A stretch of DNA of 64,000 nucleotides from an uncultured delta proteobacterium. Its GTDB lineage: Bacteria; Desulfobacterota; Binatia; HRBIN30; BPIQ01. The DNA lies in the NCBI GenBank assembly GCA_963761335.1, contig CAVXGR010000015.1, forward strand, positions 370,970 to 434,969, in the 5' to 3' direction. The stretch's first letter is position 1. Every line of letters begins with the position of its first letter. Made by a program: the position numbers and the translations under genes. The notes beneath the pieces are model-generated. The model was not told where the DNA came from, did no database searches, and saw nothing but the letters and a program-made list of their open reading frames with translations. This document shows positions 61,458-64,000 of the stretch, one piece after another.

Positions 61458-63383
61458 TTGCTCGCACTGCTCGTCGGGGTCTGCGTTTGTCTGACCGGAA
61501 CCGGTCAGGCTGCCGCCGACCCATCCTACCTCGCCGAGCTGATCGCGCGGGCCGACGCCCTGCGGCTCGCTGCCGATCCACAGTGGCAGGCGCTGCTGCA
61601 TTACGAAGCGCGACGCTTCGGGCGCGGCGTCGCCAGCAAGGTCAAGACCGACTGGTTTTTCCAGGCGCCGGACGGCCGGACGAATCCGCGCGCCGAGCTG
61701 CACGCAACGCTGGCCCGCTTCGCCGCCGCCGATGCCCCGATGCGTGATGGCGAGCCGCCGCAGTGCGCCTTGCGCGCCCGCTACCAGTGGCTCGCCGCGC
61801 GCCTGCGCTTCGACCCGGCGAGGCTGCCGCCACAGCAATGTGCGGCGTACGACGAATGGCGCGCCAATCTCGACGCTTCGGGCGTGACGCTGATTTTCCC
61901 CGAGGCGTACATGAACAACCCGTCCTCGATGTTCGGCCACACCCTGTTGCGCGTCGACGCGGGTCCACCCGGTGCGCGCAAGGATCTGCTGGCATACGGC
62001 GTGAATTTCGCCGCCGACACCGGCTCCGACGGTGGGGTCGCCTTCGCCGCCAAGGGCATTCTCGGATACTACCCCGGGCGACTCGGTGTGCACCCGTACT
62101 ACGACATCATCAAGCAGTACGGCGACTGGGAGAGCCGCGACATCTGGGAGTACGAGCTCGCGCTCGAGCCCGAACAGATCGACCTATTGCTGGCGCACCT
62201 CTGGGAGCTGCGGGGCGTCCAGTTCGACTACTACTTCTTCGACGAGAACTGCTCGTACCAGATTCTCGCGTTGCTCGACGCGGCGCGACCGGACCTCGGC
62301 CTGCACCGACGCTTCGGCGCCTGGGTGATCCCCGCTGATAGCGTGCGCGCGGTCGTGGCCGAGCCCGGGCTGGTACGCGGCGTGTCGTTTCGGCCGTCCG
62401 CCGCCACTCAGCTGCGCCACGCGGCCCGCGTGCTGCCGCGCGCCGACGCGGCACTGGCGAACGCGATCGCCGACGGGGGCGTGATGCCGGACGGAGCGCG
62501 GCTCGCCACGGGCCCGCCGGCGGAGCGGGCAGCGGTGCTGGGCACGGCGTACGAGCTGTTCCACTACCGGTACGCAACCCGGCGCGAGACCACGCCGGAC
62601 GAGCAGGCGCGAGGACGCCGCATCCTGCTGGCGCGCAGCAAAGTACCGTACGAGGGCACGGGCCTGGCGCCGGAACCGGTCCCAGCGGTGCGTCCCGACG
62701 AGGGCCACCGCAGTGCCCGCGCCGCCCTCGGCACCGGCGTGCGCGACGGCCGCTTCTACCTCGAAGCGCGCATGCGCCCAGCCTATCACGACCTGATGGA
62801 TCCTGTCGGCGGATACACCGCCGGTGCGCAGATCGACTTCCTCGATCTCACGGTCCGCTACTACACGAAGAACCGCGATTTGCGGGTGCACGAGTTCCGC
62901 CTGATCGACGTCCAGTCGGTCACCCCGCGGGACATCTTCTTCCAGCCGATCTCCTGGAAGATCCGCACGGAGCTGTTGAGCCGCCTGCTGCCTCAGGCGC
63001 CGCGCGCCGCGCTCGGGGAAGAGTACGTGTGGCGTACCCAAGGTGGTGCTGGCCTGGCGGCGGCGCCATGGTCGGGCGGCCTGGGGTACATCTTTGCCGA
63101 TGCGACCGTGGATTGCGGGCCTGCGCTCGAGGAGGATCATGCAATCGGTCCGGGCGCCAGCGCCGGCCTGTTCGCCGGTCCCGCCAGCGATCGCTGGAAG
63201 GCGCACGTATTCGCCACCGCCACCCGCTTCATTCTCGGAGACACCAGCACCGCTGCGCGCGTCGGTCTCGAAGGCCGCTTCACCCTCACGCCGCAGCAGG
63301 CGATCGAAGCCGGCGTCACCGGCGTGCGCGACTTCGATCGGAGCTGGATCGAAGCCGGTGTGTCGTGGAACGTGTACTTTTGA
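61458..63383 (+). CDS. DUF4105 / Lnb-like protein with C-terminal beta-barrel-like region
   Basis: NNPSSMFGHTLLR, ESRDIWEY, YYFFDENCSY, C-terminal aromatic (VYF). Confidence 0.88.
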   Translation: MLALLVGVCVCLTGTGQAAADPSYLAELIARADALRLAADPQWQALLHYEARRFGRGVASKVKTDWFFQAPDGRTNPRAELHATLARFAAADAPMRDGEPPQCALRARYQWLAARLRFDPARLPPQQCAAYDEWRANLDASGVTLIFPEAYMNNPSSMFGHTLLRVDAGPPGARKDLLAYGVNFAADTGSDGGVAFAAKGILGYYPGRLGVHPYYDIIKQYGDWESRDIWEYELALEPEQIDLLLAHLWELRGVQFDYYFFDENCSYQILALLDAARPDLGLHRRFGAWVIPADSVRAVVAEPGLVRGVSFRPSAATQLRHAARVLPRADAALANAIADGGVMPDGARLATGPPAERAAVLGTAYELFHYRYATRRETTPDEQARGRRILLARSKVPYEGTGLAPEPVPAVRPDEGHRSARAALGTGVRDGRFYLEARMRPAYHDLMDPVGGYTAGAQIDFLDLTVRYYTKNRDLRVHEFRLIDVQSVTPRDIFFQPISWKIRTELLSRLLPQAPRAALGEEYVWRTQGGAGLAAAPWSGGLGYIFADATVDCGPALEEDHAIGPGASAGLFAGPASDRWKAHVFATATRFILGDTSTAARVGLEGRFTLTPQQAIEAGVTGVRDFDRSWIEAGVSWNVYF

Positions 63384-63509
63384 GTGCGGCGCCAAATTGG
63401 ATGAACTGAGGCGGGCCGCACTCGCGTCGCGGAGAAGAACAATTTCTGCTGGCGGGAATTCGAAACTTGAGAAACCTGTGGGTATGTTGCGCATTAGGGA
63501 CGCGAATCC

Positions 63510-63525
63510 CGGCACGGCCGTTGCT
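63510..63525 (+). promoter_or_regulatory. sigma54 -24/-12 promoter upstream of csbD
   Basis: CGGCAC-GGCCG-TTGCT. Confidence 0.7.
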
Positions 63526-63556
63526 ATCAGCACCTGCAGAAAAGGAGAATCGACCC

Positions 63557-63724
63557 ATGGCGAGCGGCAAATCCGATGAGCTGAAGGGGCGCGTGAAGGA
63601 AGCTGCGGGAGCCCTGACCGGCGATGCGAAGCTGAAGCGGGAGGGCAGGACCGATCAGGCTGTCGGAAAGGTCAAGCAGAAGGTGGAGAAGGTGATCGAC
63701 AAAGTCAAAGAGGCGCTCAGCTGA
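63557..63724 (+). CDS. csbD: CsbD-family stress protein
   Basis: KGRVKEAAGALTGD..LKREG..DQ..GKVK; RBS AAAGGAG. Confidence 0.92.
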   Translation: MASGKSDELKGRVKEAAGALTGDAKLKREGRTDQAVGKVKQKVEKVIDKVKEALS

Positions 63725-63830
63725 GTCGCGCTCCGAGTTGGTTCTGGGATAGCGACCCACCGCAACGGCGGAGGGTTGCTGGAGATATGTTCCGATTGGC
63801 CCACCATCTCACGGGTGGAGGGGGAGTGTC

Positions 63831-63983
63831 ATGCTCGAAACCATCGCAGTCATCTTGATCATCCTCTGGGTACTTGGTCTGGTTTCCTCATACACGATGG
63901 GTGGCTTCATTCACATCCTCTTGGTCATCGCGGTCGTGGTGATACTGATTCGTGTTCTTCAGGGTCGAAGGCCCTTGGGGTGA
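63831..63983 (+). CDS. lmo0937-family (DUF5670) small membrane protein
   Basis: Manual translation MLETIAVILIILWVLGLVSSYTMGGFIHILLVIAVVVILIRVLQGRRPLG*. Confidence 0.9.
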   Translation: MLETIAVILIILWVLGLVSSYTMGGFIHILLVIAVVVILIRVLQGRRPLG

Positions 63984-64000
63984 CCTAGTATCCCGTTGAA

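Overview
GC-rich bacterial chromosomal window. Gene content suggests a Deltaproteobacteria/Ca. Binatia-like organism, which is an inference only. 1-3.9 kb is the right end of an island integrated at tRNA-Ser(CGA): only the 3' half of the tRNA is present, at 3843-3896. The island holds a broken IS91-type transposase into which a large-serine-recombinase element has inserted (DUF5372, HTH, small ORF, recombinase; the recombinase runs off the window). Next come a BrnT/BrnA toxin-antitoxin pair, an IS21 istB relic, and a sigma54 enhancer-binding protein flanked by two -24/-12 promoters. Then MscS, a polX deletion scar, heme-motif proteins and SufT, a sugar-modification cluster, and two secreted proteins with IPTL-CTERM-like tails plus an orphan third tail. 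The core block tRNA-Ser(GGA)-ffs-dnaX-ybaB-recR follows, then TetR-mdtABC, cspA, a 12-kb stress/transport block bracketed by a ~260-bp repeat, DUF3015/DUF4105, csbD and an lmo0937-family gene. Intergenic DNA is densely populated by at least five nested REP/MITE-like palindrome families. The most interesting candidate system is the recombinase element. It has a poorly started DUF5372 gene at the att junction, three 21-bp binding-site repeats and a probable programmed -1 frameshift. All family names come from motif recognition, not database searches.
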